Part shown: piece after piece, positions 23,647 through 31,936 of the stretch
How positions within the stretch are numbered: position 1 is the first letter of the stretch
Layout: each line of letters begins with the position of its first letter
Assembly: GCA_035278845.1 (NCBI GenBank)
Contig: DATEIQ010000079.1
Span: forward strand, 1 to 60,383
DNA length: 60,383 nt
Direction of reading: 5' to 3'
Source: Casimicrobiaceae bacterium
Lineage (GTDB): Bacteria; Pseudomonadota; Gammaproteobacteria; Burkholderiales; Casimicrobiaceae
Position numbers and translations under genes: made by a program
The notes under the pieces: model-generated
What the model saw: only the letters and a program-made list of their open reading frames with translations
Databases searched by the model: none
What the model was told of the DNA's origin: nothing

Positions 23647-25431
23647 ATGCGAGCGACGCGAACGATCCGGTTAATCACCGCGCTGGTGGCCGCGTCGCTA
23701 GCCGGTGCACCTGCGTTCGCCGCCGATCCGTCAAAGGTACTGCGAATCGCGCTGCCCCAGGCCGAAACCGGATTCGATCCGGTACAGGCGAGCGAGGTTT
23801 ACTCGAGCGCCGTGATCGCAGCGATCATGGAGCCGCTGCTCACGTTCGACTACCTCGCGCGTCCGGCGAAGCTCGTGCCGCTCACCGCCGTTGCACTGCC
23901 CGAGGTCGCGCAAAGCGGCCGTCGCTTCACGTTCCATTTGAACAAAGGCATCCGCTTCGCGGCCGATCCGGCCTTCAAAGGCCGGGCGCGCGAGCTCACG
24001 GTCTACGACTACGTCTATGCGATCAAGCGCCTCGTCGATCCGCGCAACCGCTCACCGAACGCGTTCTACGTCGAGGACAAGATCCTGGGCCTGCGCGAGC
24101 TTGCCGCGGACGCGAAGAAGAACGGCGACCGCTTCGACTACGACGCGCCGGTGGCAGGACTCCAGGCGCTCGATCGCTACACGCTGCGGATAACGCTGAA
24201 GCACAGCGATTACACGTTCCCCCAGGTGATGGCGCTACCGTCGCTGTCGCCGGTGGCGCGCGAGGTCGTCGAGGCGTACGGAAGCGAGATCGCCGCGCAT
24301 CCGGTAGGCACCGGACCGTACACGCTCGCGAAATGGGTACCCGCCTCGAAGATGATCCTGCATGCGAACCCGGCATATCGTGGCTTCACGTGGAATTTCG
24401 ATGCGGGAGACGACGCGGCCGACAAGGGGATAGCGGCGCGAATGCGCGGCAAGAAGATGCCGCAGGTCGGAACGATCGAGATCAGCGTCATGGAAGAGGC
24501 GCAGTCGAGCTGGCTCGCGTTCCAGCGCGGCGAGCTCGACATCCTGAACGTGAATGCGACGTTCGCGCCGATTGCGCTGCCAAACGACAGGCTCGCGCCC
24601 GATCTCGCGAAGCGCGGCGTGACGCTGTCGCGCATTCTGCTGCCGATGGTCAGTTACTCGGCATTCAACATGCGCGACCCGGTGATCGGCGGCTTCGCCA
24701 AGGAGAAGATCGCGCTGCGCCGCGCGATCGCGATGGCCTACGACACCGACGCCGAAGTACGGATCATCCGCAAGGGGCAGGCTGCGCCGGCGCAAATGGT
24801 GATTCCGCCCGGCGTCACGGGACACGACCCTCGCTATCGATCGAGCCTTCGTCACGATCCGCAGGCCGCGAACGAGCTGCTCGACCGCTTCGGCTACACG
24901 CGCGGCCGCGACGGCTATCGCACGCTGCCGGACGGCCGGCCGCTCACGGTCACCTATTCGAGCCAGAACACGGCGACGGCGCGCGAGTTCGACGAGCTTT
25001 GGCAGAGAGCATTCGACTCGATCGGCATCCGGATGAACGTCGACAAGGGCAAGCTCAGCGATCAGATCCGCGCCGCGATCGCCTGCAAGCATCAGTTGTG
25101 GACGTACGGATGGATCGCCGACTACCCGGACGGCGACAACTTCATGCAATTGCTCTATGGAGGCAACGTCGGCCAGAGCAACGTCGCCTGCTATCGGTCG
25201 CCGAAGTTCGACGCGCTGTACGAGAAATCGCGGCTCCTTCCCGACTCGCCTGATCGCGACACGCTCTACGAGCAGATGTCGCGGCAGTTCGAGGCCGACA
25301 CGCCGTGGCGGCTCGGCACCATTCGCTACCAGAACTCGCTCGTGCAGCCCAACGTCATCGGCTACAAGCCGCATCCGGTTCTGCTTGCCGACTGGATGTA
25401 CGTCGACGTGGAGAAGAAGAAGAAACCGTAA
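23647..25431 (+). CDS. Family 5 (peptide/nickel-type) ABC substrate-binding protein
   Basis: Signal peptide AFA-A; ETGFDP, PVGTGPY, LRRAIAMAYD, WIADYPDGDNF. Confidence 0.9.
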   Translation: MRATRTIRLITALVAASLAGAPAFAADPSKVLRIALPQAETGFDPVQASEVYSSAVIAAIMEPLLTFDYLARPAKLVPLTAVALPEVAQSGRRFTFHLNKGIRFAADPAFKGRARELTVYDYVYAIKRLVDPRNRSPNAFYVEDKILGLRELAADAKKNGDRFDYDAPVAGLQALDRYTLRITLKHSDYTFPQVMALPSLSPVAREVVEAYGSEIAAHPVGTGPYTLAKWVPASKMILHANPAYRGFTWNFDAGDDAADKGIAARMRGKKMPQVGTIEISVMEEAQSSWLAFQRGELDILNVNATFAPIALPNDRLAPDLAKRGVTLSRILLPMVSYSAFNMRDPVIGGFAKEKIALRRAIAMAYDTDAEVRIIRKGQAAPAQMVIPPGVTGHDPRYRSSLRHDPQAANELLDRFGYTRGRDGYRTLPDGRPLTVTYSSQNTATAREFDELWQRAFDSIGIRMNVDKGKLSDQIRAAIACKHQLWTYGWIADYPDGDNFMQLLYGGNVGQSNVACYRSPKFDALYEKSRLLPDSPDRDTLYEQMSRQFEADTPWRLGTIRYQNSLVQPNVIGYKPHPVLLADWMYVDVEKKKKP

Positions 25432-25433
25432 CC

Positions 25434-25480
25434 GATTGGGGTCAGAGCAACAAGTCGACTTATTGCTCTGACCCCGAAGT
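25434..25480. repeat. Abutting inverted doublet of the 25-nt repeat
   Basis: GATTGGGGTCAGAGCAACAAGTC + GACTTATTGCTCTGACCCCGAAGT, between convergent genes. Confidence 0.92.
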
Positions 25481-25497
25481 GACGACCCGCCGCGGTC

Positions 25498-27114
25498 TTA
25501 CGATCCGCCGCGAACGATCATCCGCGCGCCCCGCTCGCCGATCATCAGCGACGCCGCGTTCGTGTTGGCCGACGTCACCGTCGGCATGACCGAAGCGTCG
25601 ATCACGCGCAAACCTTCGACGCCCCGTACGCGCAGCTGCGGATCGACGACGGCATCGGGATCCGCATCGGCGCCCATCCGGCACGTGCCGACGCAGTGGA
25701 ACACCGTCCCGCCCGCATGCCGCGCGAAATCGAGCAGCTGCTCGTCGACCTTCGCGTCGGGTCCGGGCAGCACCTCCGCTTCGAACAGCTCGCGGAACGA
25801 CGGCTGCGCATAAATCTCGCGCAGCAGCTTGATGCCCGCGACCAGCGTTCGTCGATCGAGATCGTCGGACAGATAACGCGGCTCGATCGTCGGTGCTTCC
25901 GCCGGGTCGGTCGAGCGAATGCGCAGCCGGCCGCGCGAGCGCGGATGGCATTGCCACACCGCCGCGGTGAAGCCGGGATACGCATGCAGCGGATCGCCCG
26001 GCTTGTCGACCGACAAGGGCATCACGTTGAACTGCACGTCGGGCCGATTGCCTTTCGCGTATTCCGTGCACGCCGCGCCGCCGACCTGCCCTGCGCCTAC
26101 CGTCAGCGGCCCCGACCGCCGCACGAGCCACTCGACGCCCATGCCCGCGAGCTTCAGCGGATTGCGCACGTCGTCGTTCAGCGAGACGCGCTTGCGAAGG
26201 CGCACGATCGTGCGCGCCTGGTAGTGGTCCTGCAGATTCTCGCCGACGCCGGGAACGTCGGCGACGACCGGGATGCCAAGCGCGTGTAGATGATCGGCGG
26301 GACCGATGCCGGACAGTTGCAGCAATTGCGGCGACTGGATCGCGCCCGCGGCGAGCACCACCTCGCGCGTCGCGCGCGCATGCTGCGTCACGGCGCCTCG
26401 TACCCATTGGACGCCCGTCGCCCGCGTCGCCTCGAACAGCACGCGCGTTGCCAGCGCGTTCGGCATCACCGTCAGGTTCGGCCGCTTGCGCACCGGCCGC
26501 AGGAACGCGACGGCCGAGCTCGACCGCCATCCCTTGTCGATGCTGAGTTGGTACGAGCCGACGCCGTAGGTGCTGGCGCCGTTGAAATCGGGATTGCGCG
26601 GCAATCCGAACTCGGCGCCCGCACTGACCCACGCGTCGCAGTACGGATGATCGTTGCGCAGGTTGCTCACGCCAACCTCGCCGGACGCGCCGTGGTACGC
26701 GCTCGCTCCGCCCGCGTAACGCTCGATCCGCTTGAAGTCGGGCAGCACGTCGACATAGCGCCAGCCCGTGCCGCCGCGCGCGGCCCATTCGTCGAAGTCC
26801 TCGTGCTGTCCGCGAATGAAGATCAGCCCGTTGATCGACGACGAGCCGCCGATCACGCGCCCGCGCGGCCACACGATGTTGCGCCCCGCCGTCCCTTCGG
26901 AAGGCACCGTGTCGAAGAGCCGCGAAAAGCGCGTGTCGTAGATCGTGCGGAAATATCCGACCGGCAGATGGATCCAGAAATTTCGATCGGCGCCGCCGGC
27001 CTCGAGCAGCAGCACCCGGACCGAAGGATCGGCCGACAGCCGGTTCGCAAGGATGCATCCGGCGGAACCGGCGCCGACGATCACGTAGTCGTAAGTTTCC
27101 GTCGCCGAAGACAT
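25498..27114 (-). CDS. GMC-family oxidoreductase (choline dehydrogenase-like)
   Basis: VIVGAGSAG, RGRVIGGSSSING, GENLQDH, FHCVGTCRMG, SANTNA. Confidence 0.93.
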   Translation of the reverse strand: MSSATETYDYVIVGAGSAGCILANRLSADPSVRVLLLEAGGADRNFWIHLPVGYFRTIYDTRFSRLFDTVPSEGTAGRNIVWPRGRVIGGSSSINGLIFIRGQHEDFDEWAARGGTGWRYVDVLPDFKRIERYAGGASAYHGASGEVGVSNLRNDHPYCDAWVSAGAEFGLPRNPDFNGASTYGVGSYQLSIDKGWRSSSAVAFLRPVRKRPNLTVMPNALATRVLFEATRATGVQWVRGAVTQHARATREVVLAAGAIQSPQLLQLSGIGPADHLHALGIPVVADVPGVGENLQDHYQARTIVRLRKRVSLNDDVRNPLKLAGMGVEWLVRRSGPLTVGAGQVGGAACTEYAKGNRPDVQFNVMPLSVDKPGDPLHAYPGFTAAVWQCHPRSRGRLRIRSTDPAEAPTIEPRYLSDDLDRRTLVAGIKLLREIYAQPSFRELFEAEVLPGPDAKVDEQLLDFARHAGGTVFHCVGTCRMGADADPDAVVDPQLRVRGVEGLRVIDASVMPTVTSANTNAASLMIGERGARMIVRGGS

Positions 27115-27178
27115 GGTGACAAGCGCGGCCGTCTCCGCGCGCCGCTCGCGACGCGGAGACGGGATCACGCGGACGTCG

Positions 27179-28186
27179 TCAACCGGGAAGCGTCTCGAGG
27201 TAGAGCTTGGGATCGAAGTACTTCGACGCCGGCACCGGGTTCTGAATGCCGCCGAAGCGCACGAAGAAGTCCGTCACCTGCTGCAGCCAGTTGGTGACCG
27301 TGCCGTCCGCGTAGAGCTTCTTCCACTCCCTGGACGTGAACATCTTCTGCGCCTTGTACTGCTCCTTGAGATCGGTGAGCGGCACCTGCTGGTAGTGCTT
27401 TTTCTGCAGCTGATCGAGCGCGGCGTCGGCGTTGGCGATGAAATAGTCGTTCGCCTCGGACCAGCCGCGGATGATGTTTGCGCACACGGCGCGGTTCTTG
27501 TCGTAATAATCCTCGCGCGCGGCCCAGCCGCCGACGATGGCCGCTTTCGGGTAATACGCCGAAGCGTCGGCGAGCATCTTCGCGTCCTTCACCTTGTCGC
27601 GGACGGCGATGTTGAACGGCACCCACAGTGCCACGGCGGGCACGGCACCGGAGATGAACGACGTCACCGCCTCCGACATCCGCTGGTTGACGATCTCGAG
27701 GTCCTTGGGGTCGATGTTGTTCGCGCGGAGCGCCGTGTCGAGGAACACGTGCGCGGTGGTGCCGGTGGTCGTCGAGATCTTCTTGCCCTTCAGATCGGCA
27801 AAGCTCTTGATCTGATCGCTGTGCACCCAGAGCTGCGCGGTCGCGAATTCGACGTCGTTCACGAGGAACATCTTCCCCTGGCCGCGCGCGGGAAAGTTGG
27901 AGATCACCGCACCGGTCACCAGCATCTCGATGCTGCCGCCGATCATCGCCTGGAACAGCTCGAGACCGGTGGTGAACTGCACGAGATCCAGATCGACGCC
28001 GTGCTTGGTGAAATTGCCGCGGTCCATGCCGAGCCAGATCTGGCCGTCGACGGCGAGCGTGTGCAGGTAACCCACCTTCACTTTCGTTCGCGCTTGCGCG
28101 ATGGCCGGCGCGCCGAGCACGCCGAGGCTCGCGCCGATGCCCGCCGCGGTGGTCGTCTGCAGGAACTTTCTGCGATTGATGCTCAT
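27179..28186 (-). CDS. NitT/TauT substrate-binding protein with Tat signal
   Basis: NRRKFL twin-arginine signal, PAIAQ; GGAGG RBS; DLKGKKI. Confidence 0.9.
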   Translation of the reverse strand: MSINRRKFLQTTTAAGIGASLGVLGAPAIAQARTKVKVGYLHTLAVDGQIWLGMDRGNFTKHGVDLDLVQFTTGLELFQAMIGGSIEMLVTGAVISNFPARGQGKMFLVNDVEFATAQLWVHSDQIKSFADLKGKKISTTTGTTAHVFLDTALRANNIDPKDLEIVNQRMSEAVTSFISGAVPAVALWVPFNIAVRDKVKDAKMLADASAYYPKAAIVGGWAAREDYYDKNRAVCANIIRGWSEANDYFIANADAALDQLQKKHYQQVPLTDLKEQYKAQKMFTSREWKKLYADGTVTNWLQQVTDFFVRFGGIQNPVPASKYFDPKLYLETLPG

Positions 28187-28202
28187 CTGTCTTCCTCCAT
28201 TG

Positions 28203-29009
28203 TTAGTCAGGAACCCGCACCGACTGCTGCGACGCCTGCGCGGCGTACTCCTTCATCACGAGGTCGCGAACGTGCGAGCGCAGCTCGTTGAATTCGCGGG
28301 TCTCGTGCAGCGATTCCGACCTCGGATACGGAAACGGAACCGTGATCTGCTCGCGGATGCGCGTCGGCCGCGCACTCATGACGACGATCCTCGACGCGAG
28401 ATAGATGGCCTCCTCGACCGAGTGCGTGATCAGCATCACCGTCTTGCCTTCGGCCTGCAGCACCTGCAGCAGAAGGTCCTGCATCGCCGTGCGCGTCTGA
28501 GCATCCAGCGCGCCGAACGGCTCGTCCATCAGCAGGAACTGTGGGCGCACGGCGTAGGCGCGCGCGAGCGCCAGGCGCTGGCGCATGCCGCCCGACAGCA
28601 TCTTCGGCCATGCGTCGGCAAAGTCGGTCAGGCCCATCAGCGCCATGTAGCGCGTGCAGATCTCGTTGCGCTCGGATGCGCTCGCGCGATTGGCGGCGAG
28701 CGTCAGTCCGAACGCGATGTTCTGCTTGACCGTCAGCCAGGGGAACACGCCGTATTCCTGGAAGATCACGCCGCGGTCCGGTCCCGGTCCGGCGATCGGC
28801 TTGCCGTCCAGCAGCACGCGGCCGCGCGTCGGCTGCACGAAGCCGGCGACCATGTTCATCATCGTCGTCTTGCCGCATCCGGACGGGCCGATGATCGCGA
28901 CGAACTCGCCATCGGCGATCTCGTACGACACGTCGTCGACGACCCGCATCGGCCCGTGGGTGGAGGGAAACTCCATCGACACGCCTTCGAAGACGATGCG
29001 GGCCGTCAC
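28203..29009 (-). CDS. NitT/TauT ABC ATP-binding protein
   Basis: GPSGCGKTT, LSGGMRQR, LMDEPFGALD; GTG start overlapping the permease stop. Confidence 0.93.
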   Translation of the reverse strand: MTARIVFEGVSMEFPSTHGPMRVVDDVSYEIADGEFVAIIGPSGCGKTTMMNMVAGFVQPTRGRVLLDGKPIAGPGPDRGVIFQEYGVFPWLTVKQNIAFGLTLAANRASASERNEICTRYMALMGLTDFADAWPKMLSGGMRQRLALARAYAVRPQFLLMDEPFGALDAQTRTAMQDLLLQVLQAEGKTVMLITHSVEEAIYLASRIVVMSARPTRIREQITVPFPYPRSESLHETREFNELRSHVRDLVMKEYAAQASQQSVRVPD

Positions 29010-29767
29010 GCTATCCGCTCCTGCCACGCGACCAGCCGGCGCGTCACTGCGCGCAGGACGAGATCCATCGCGAGCGCGATGAAGCCGATGCAGATGATGC
29101 CGACGTAGATGATGTCGAGCTGGAAGAACGACGAGGCGTTCTGGATCAGCGCGCCCAAACCCTGCTGTGCGGCGATCAGCTCGGAGGCCACCAGCGTGGC
29201 CCACGCGACGCCGAGCGCGACCCGCAGCGCGGTCAGCAGGTGCGGCACCGTAAGCGGGATGATCACTTTGCGGAAAATCTCGCCGTCGGTGGCACCGAGC
29301 GTGCGCGATACGCGGACGTAGATGGGACTGATCTGCGCAATCCCCTCGTACATGACGATCACGCCCGCGAAAAATGACGCGTAGAACAGGATGACGACCT
29401 TGGCGATCTCGCCGATGCCGAAATAGACGATGACGAGCGGGATGAGCGCGATCGGCGGCAGCGCACGGAAGAAGTTCATCAGCGGGTCGATGAACAGCCG
29501 CACCTGGCGGTACCAGCCGAGCACGAACCCGGCAGGAACGGCCACCGCGGTGCCGAGCAGCACGCCGATCAGCACGCGCTGCGTCGACATCAGGATGTCC
29601 ACCGGCAGGCGCGCCGTCGTCAGCAATTCCCAGAACCGCGCCGCCACGCGGTGCGGCGTTGGGACGAGCGACGGGTTGACGAGCCCCGAATACGTGATCG
29701 CGTACCAGATCGCGATCACGATCAGCCACGGCAAGGCAATCAGCAGCGTACGTCGGAATGGGGTCAC
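29006..29767 (-). CDS. NitT/TauT ABC permease
   Basis: RALPPIALIP, RTLGAT, WATLVASELI. Confidence 0.92.
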   Translation of the reverse strand: MTPFRRTLLIALPWLIVIAIWYAITYSGLVNPSLVPTPHRVAARFWELLTTARLPVDILMSTQRVLIGVLLGTAVAVPAGFVLGWYRQVRLFIDPLMNFFRALPPIALIPLVIVYFGIGEIAKVVILFYASFFAGVIVMYEGIAQISPIYVRVSRTLGATDGEIFRKVIIPLTVPHLLTALRVALGVAWATLVASELIAAQQGLGALIQNASSFFQLDIIYVGIICIGFIALAMDLVLRAVTRRLVAWQERIA

Positions 29768-29774
29768 GTGCGCG

Positions 29775-29815
29775 TTGCGGGTGCTTCACGCGAAAGGTAC
29801 TATAGATAGGACCTT
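29775..29815 (+). promoter_or_regulatory. Sigma70-like promoter overlapped by a palindromic GntR-type operator
   Basis: TTGCGG (29775)-N17-TACTAT (29798); imperfect palindrome AAGGTACTAT-AG-ATAGGACCTT at 29794-29815. Confidence 0.65.
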
Positions 29816-30559
29816 ATGCACAAGAGCGCGCAAAGCGGTGATGCGCTGTTCCGCGGGCCCATGCCGCGGTACGCACAGCTCGCGGATATCCTGCGCCGGC
29901 GCATCGCGCGCAATCGCTGGCCGCCCGGCACGCAGCTGCCGACGTTGCAGGCGCTGATGCAGGAGTTCGACGTCGCGCGCGTCACCGTGCGACAGGCGAT
30001 GGAACTTCTGGCGCGCGACGGACTCGTATCGGCCGAGCGTGGACGCGGCACGTTCGTCACGTCGCAACCGGCGCGCGAGCGCGGGCTGATGCTCGAAACA
30101 AGCCTGCAGGCGCTCGCCGACGTCTACCGCAACGACACGCCGAACCTGACGCTGATCGAGGAGGCCGCGGCAACGCCGCATCTGTTCCCGCGCGATGGCA
30201 CACCTGCTTCGCAATACCGGTTCATGCGCCGGGTTCATTCGCGCAACGGAGAGGCGTATTGCGTCATCTCGATCTACATCGACGAGCGCGTATTCCGGAT
30301 GGCACCACGGCGCTTCCGCCACGAGACGGTCGTGCCGGTGCTGCTCGAGCTGCCCCGCGTCACCGTCAGCCGCGCCTGGCAAACGCTGGAAATCGGCACT
30401 GCGGATGTGCTCGTGGCGCGCCATTTGTCGATTCCGGTGAACGCGCCGGTGGCGGAGGTGCGTCGCGTATGCCAGGACCCGCACGGCACGGTTATCTACC
30501 TCGGCGAAGTGACGTATCGTGGCGACTACATCCATCTCGAAATGGATCTGAAGCCGTGA
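29816..30559 (+). CDS. GntR (HutC/UTRA) transcriptional regulator
   Basis: PRYAQLADIL..LPT..FDVARVTVRQA..RGRGTFV; UTRA-like C-terminal domain. Start may be 29861. Confidence 0.92.
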   Translation: MHKSAQSGDALFRGPMPRYAQLADILRRRIARNRWPPGTQLPTLQALMQEFDVARVTVRQAMELLARDGLVSAERGRGTFVTSQPARERGLMLETSLQALADVYRNDTPNLTLIEEAAATPHLFPRDGTPASQYRFMRRVHSRNGEAYCVISIYIDERVFRMAPRRFRHETVVPVLLELPRVTVSRAWQTLEIGTADVLVARHLSIPVNAPVAEVRRVCQDPHGTVIYLGEVTYRGDYIHLEMDLKP

Positions 30560-30635
30560 TCGGCGCGACTCTTCTGGCCGCTCGGACCCAAGGCGTGATG
30601 CGTGCGCTCCGTTTTCCCGCCGTGCAAGGCCGGCG

Positions 30636-31766
30636 ATGAACGGCCCGCTGCATATTCGCTCGCTGCGCGCGCTCGTCTGGCGCTATCCGCTGAAGACGCC
30701 CGTCGTCACGTCGTTCGGCACGATGCGCGATCGGCCGATGGTGCTCGTGCGCGCCGAGGACGCGCATGGGATTGCCGGCTGGGGCGAGATCTGGTGCAAC
30801 TTCCCCGCCGTCGGCGCCGAGCATCGCGCGCGGCTGGTGCAGGGCGTGCTTGCACCGCTCGCGACGAGCCGGCCGTTCGATGATCCGCCGGCGGCATTCG
30901 ATTTTCTGACGTCGGCCACCGACGTGCTCGCGCTGCAATCGGGCGAGCCGGGACCGTTCGCGCAAGCGATCGCCGGCGTCGATCTCGCGCTGTGGGATCT
31001 GCAGGCTCGCCGTGCGCAACAGCCGCTGTGGCGCCTGCTCGGCGGCGCAACGCCGCGCGTGCGCGTGTATGCGAGTGGTCTGAATCCGGACCGGCCTGCC
31101 GAGCTCGCGGCGACACGGCGCAACGAAGGCTTTCGCGCGTTCAAGCTCAAGCTGGGCTTCGGTCGGGACCGCGATCTCGCGAACGTTGCTGCGGTGCGCG
31201 CGGCGCTCGGCGACGGCGTCGATTTGCTGGTCGACGCGAACCAGGCGTGGTCGCTCGACGATGCGACCGACATGGCCGCCGCGCTCGAGCCGTTCTACAT
31301 CGGCTGGCTCGAGGAGCCGCTGCGCGCCGATCGACCGTGGACCGAATGGCAGGCGCTGCGCGAACGCACGAGCATTCCGCTCGCCGCCGGCGAAAACGTC
31401 GCCGGCGATGCCGCGTTCGACGCGGCGCTTGCCGCCGACGCGTTGAAAGTCGTACAGCCGGACATCGCGAAATGGGGCGGCTTCAGCAAAGTCGTTCCGC
31501 TCGCGCGGCGCATCGTGGCGGGCGGCGCGCGTTTCTGCCCGCACTGGCTCGGCGGCGGCATCGGCCTCCTTGCCTCCGCGCACGCGCTCGCCGCCGTTGG
31601 TGGCGGCGGCATGCTGGAGGTCGACGCCAATCCCAACCCGCTTCGTTCCGCAACGTGCGGGCCGCTCGCAGGTATCAGCGACGGCTGCGCGGTACTGAAC
31701 AATCGCCCCGGCCTCGGCATCGAACCCGATCTGGGGCAGTTGCAGGCGTACGCGGTCGCGCTGTAG
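30636..31766 (+). CDS. Mandelate racemase/muconate lactonizing (enolase superfamily) enzyme
   Basis: GWGE, DLALWDL, FKLKLG (KxK), VDANQ, WLEEP, AGEN, PHW, PGLGIE. Confidence 0.92.
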   Translation: MNGPLHIRSLRALVWRYPLKTPVVTSFGTMRDRPMVLVRAEDAHGIAGWGEIWCNFPAVGAEHRARLVQGVLAPLATSRPFDDPPAAFDFLTSATDVLALQSGEPGPFAQAIAGVDLALWDLQARRAQQPLWRLLGGATPRVRVYASGLNPDRPAELAATRRNEGFRAFKLKLGFGRDRDLANVAAVRAALGDGVDLLVDANQAWSLDDATDMAAALEPFYIGWLEEPLRADRPWTEWQALRERTSIPLAAGENVAGDAAFDAALAADALKVVQPDIAKWGGFSKVVPLARRIVAGGARFCPHWLGGGIGLLASAHALAAVGGGGMLEVDANPNPLRSATCGPLAGISDGCAVLNNRPGLGIEPDLGQLQAYAVAL

Positions 31767-31770
31767 CGCC

Positions 31771-31836
31771 GACTTCGGGGTCACGAGCGGCGACCTCGCT
31801 GACGTCAGCGAAGTCTGCGACCTCGACCCCGAAGTC
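31771..31836. repeat. Variant repeat element with nested palindrome
   Basis: GACTTCGGGGTC (31771-31782) ... GACCCCGAAGTC (31825-31836) enclosing GACCTCGCTGAC-GTCAGCGAAGTC (31792-31815). Confidence 0.85.
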
Positions 31837-31936
31837 GCCGTGCCAGTGGGCTGGTGAATATTCGCCTCCCGCCCGTGCGGAGCGAGCCCGCCGGATTCCG
31901 GCAAAATTCCATGTTTCACGAACGCGAGCACGCGCC

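Noticed and set aside
30992-31936. N-terminal extension of tricorn (1390-aa ORF)
   Set aside because: Overlaps the enolase gene in another frame with Arg/Ala-rich non-protein-like sequence; homology starts at ATG 31937.
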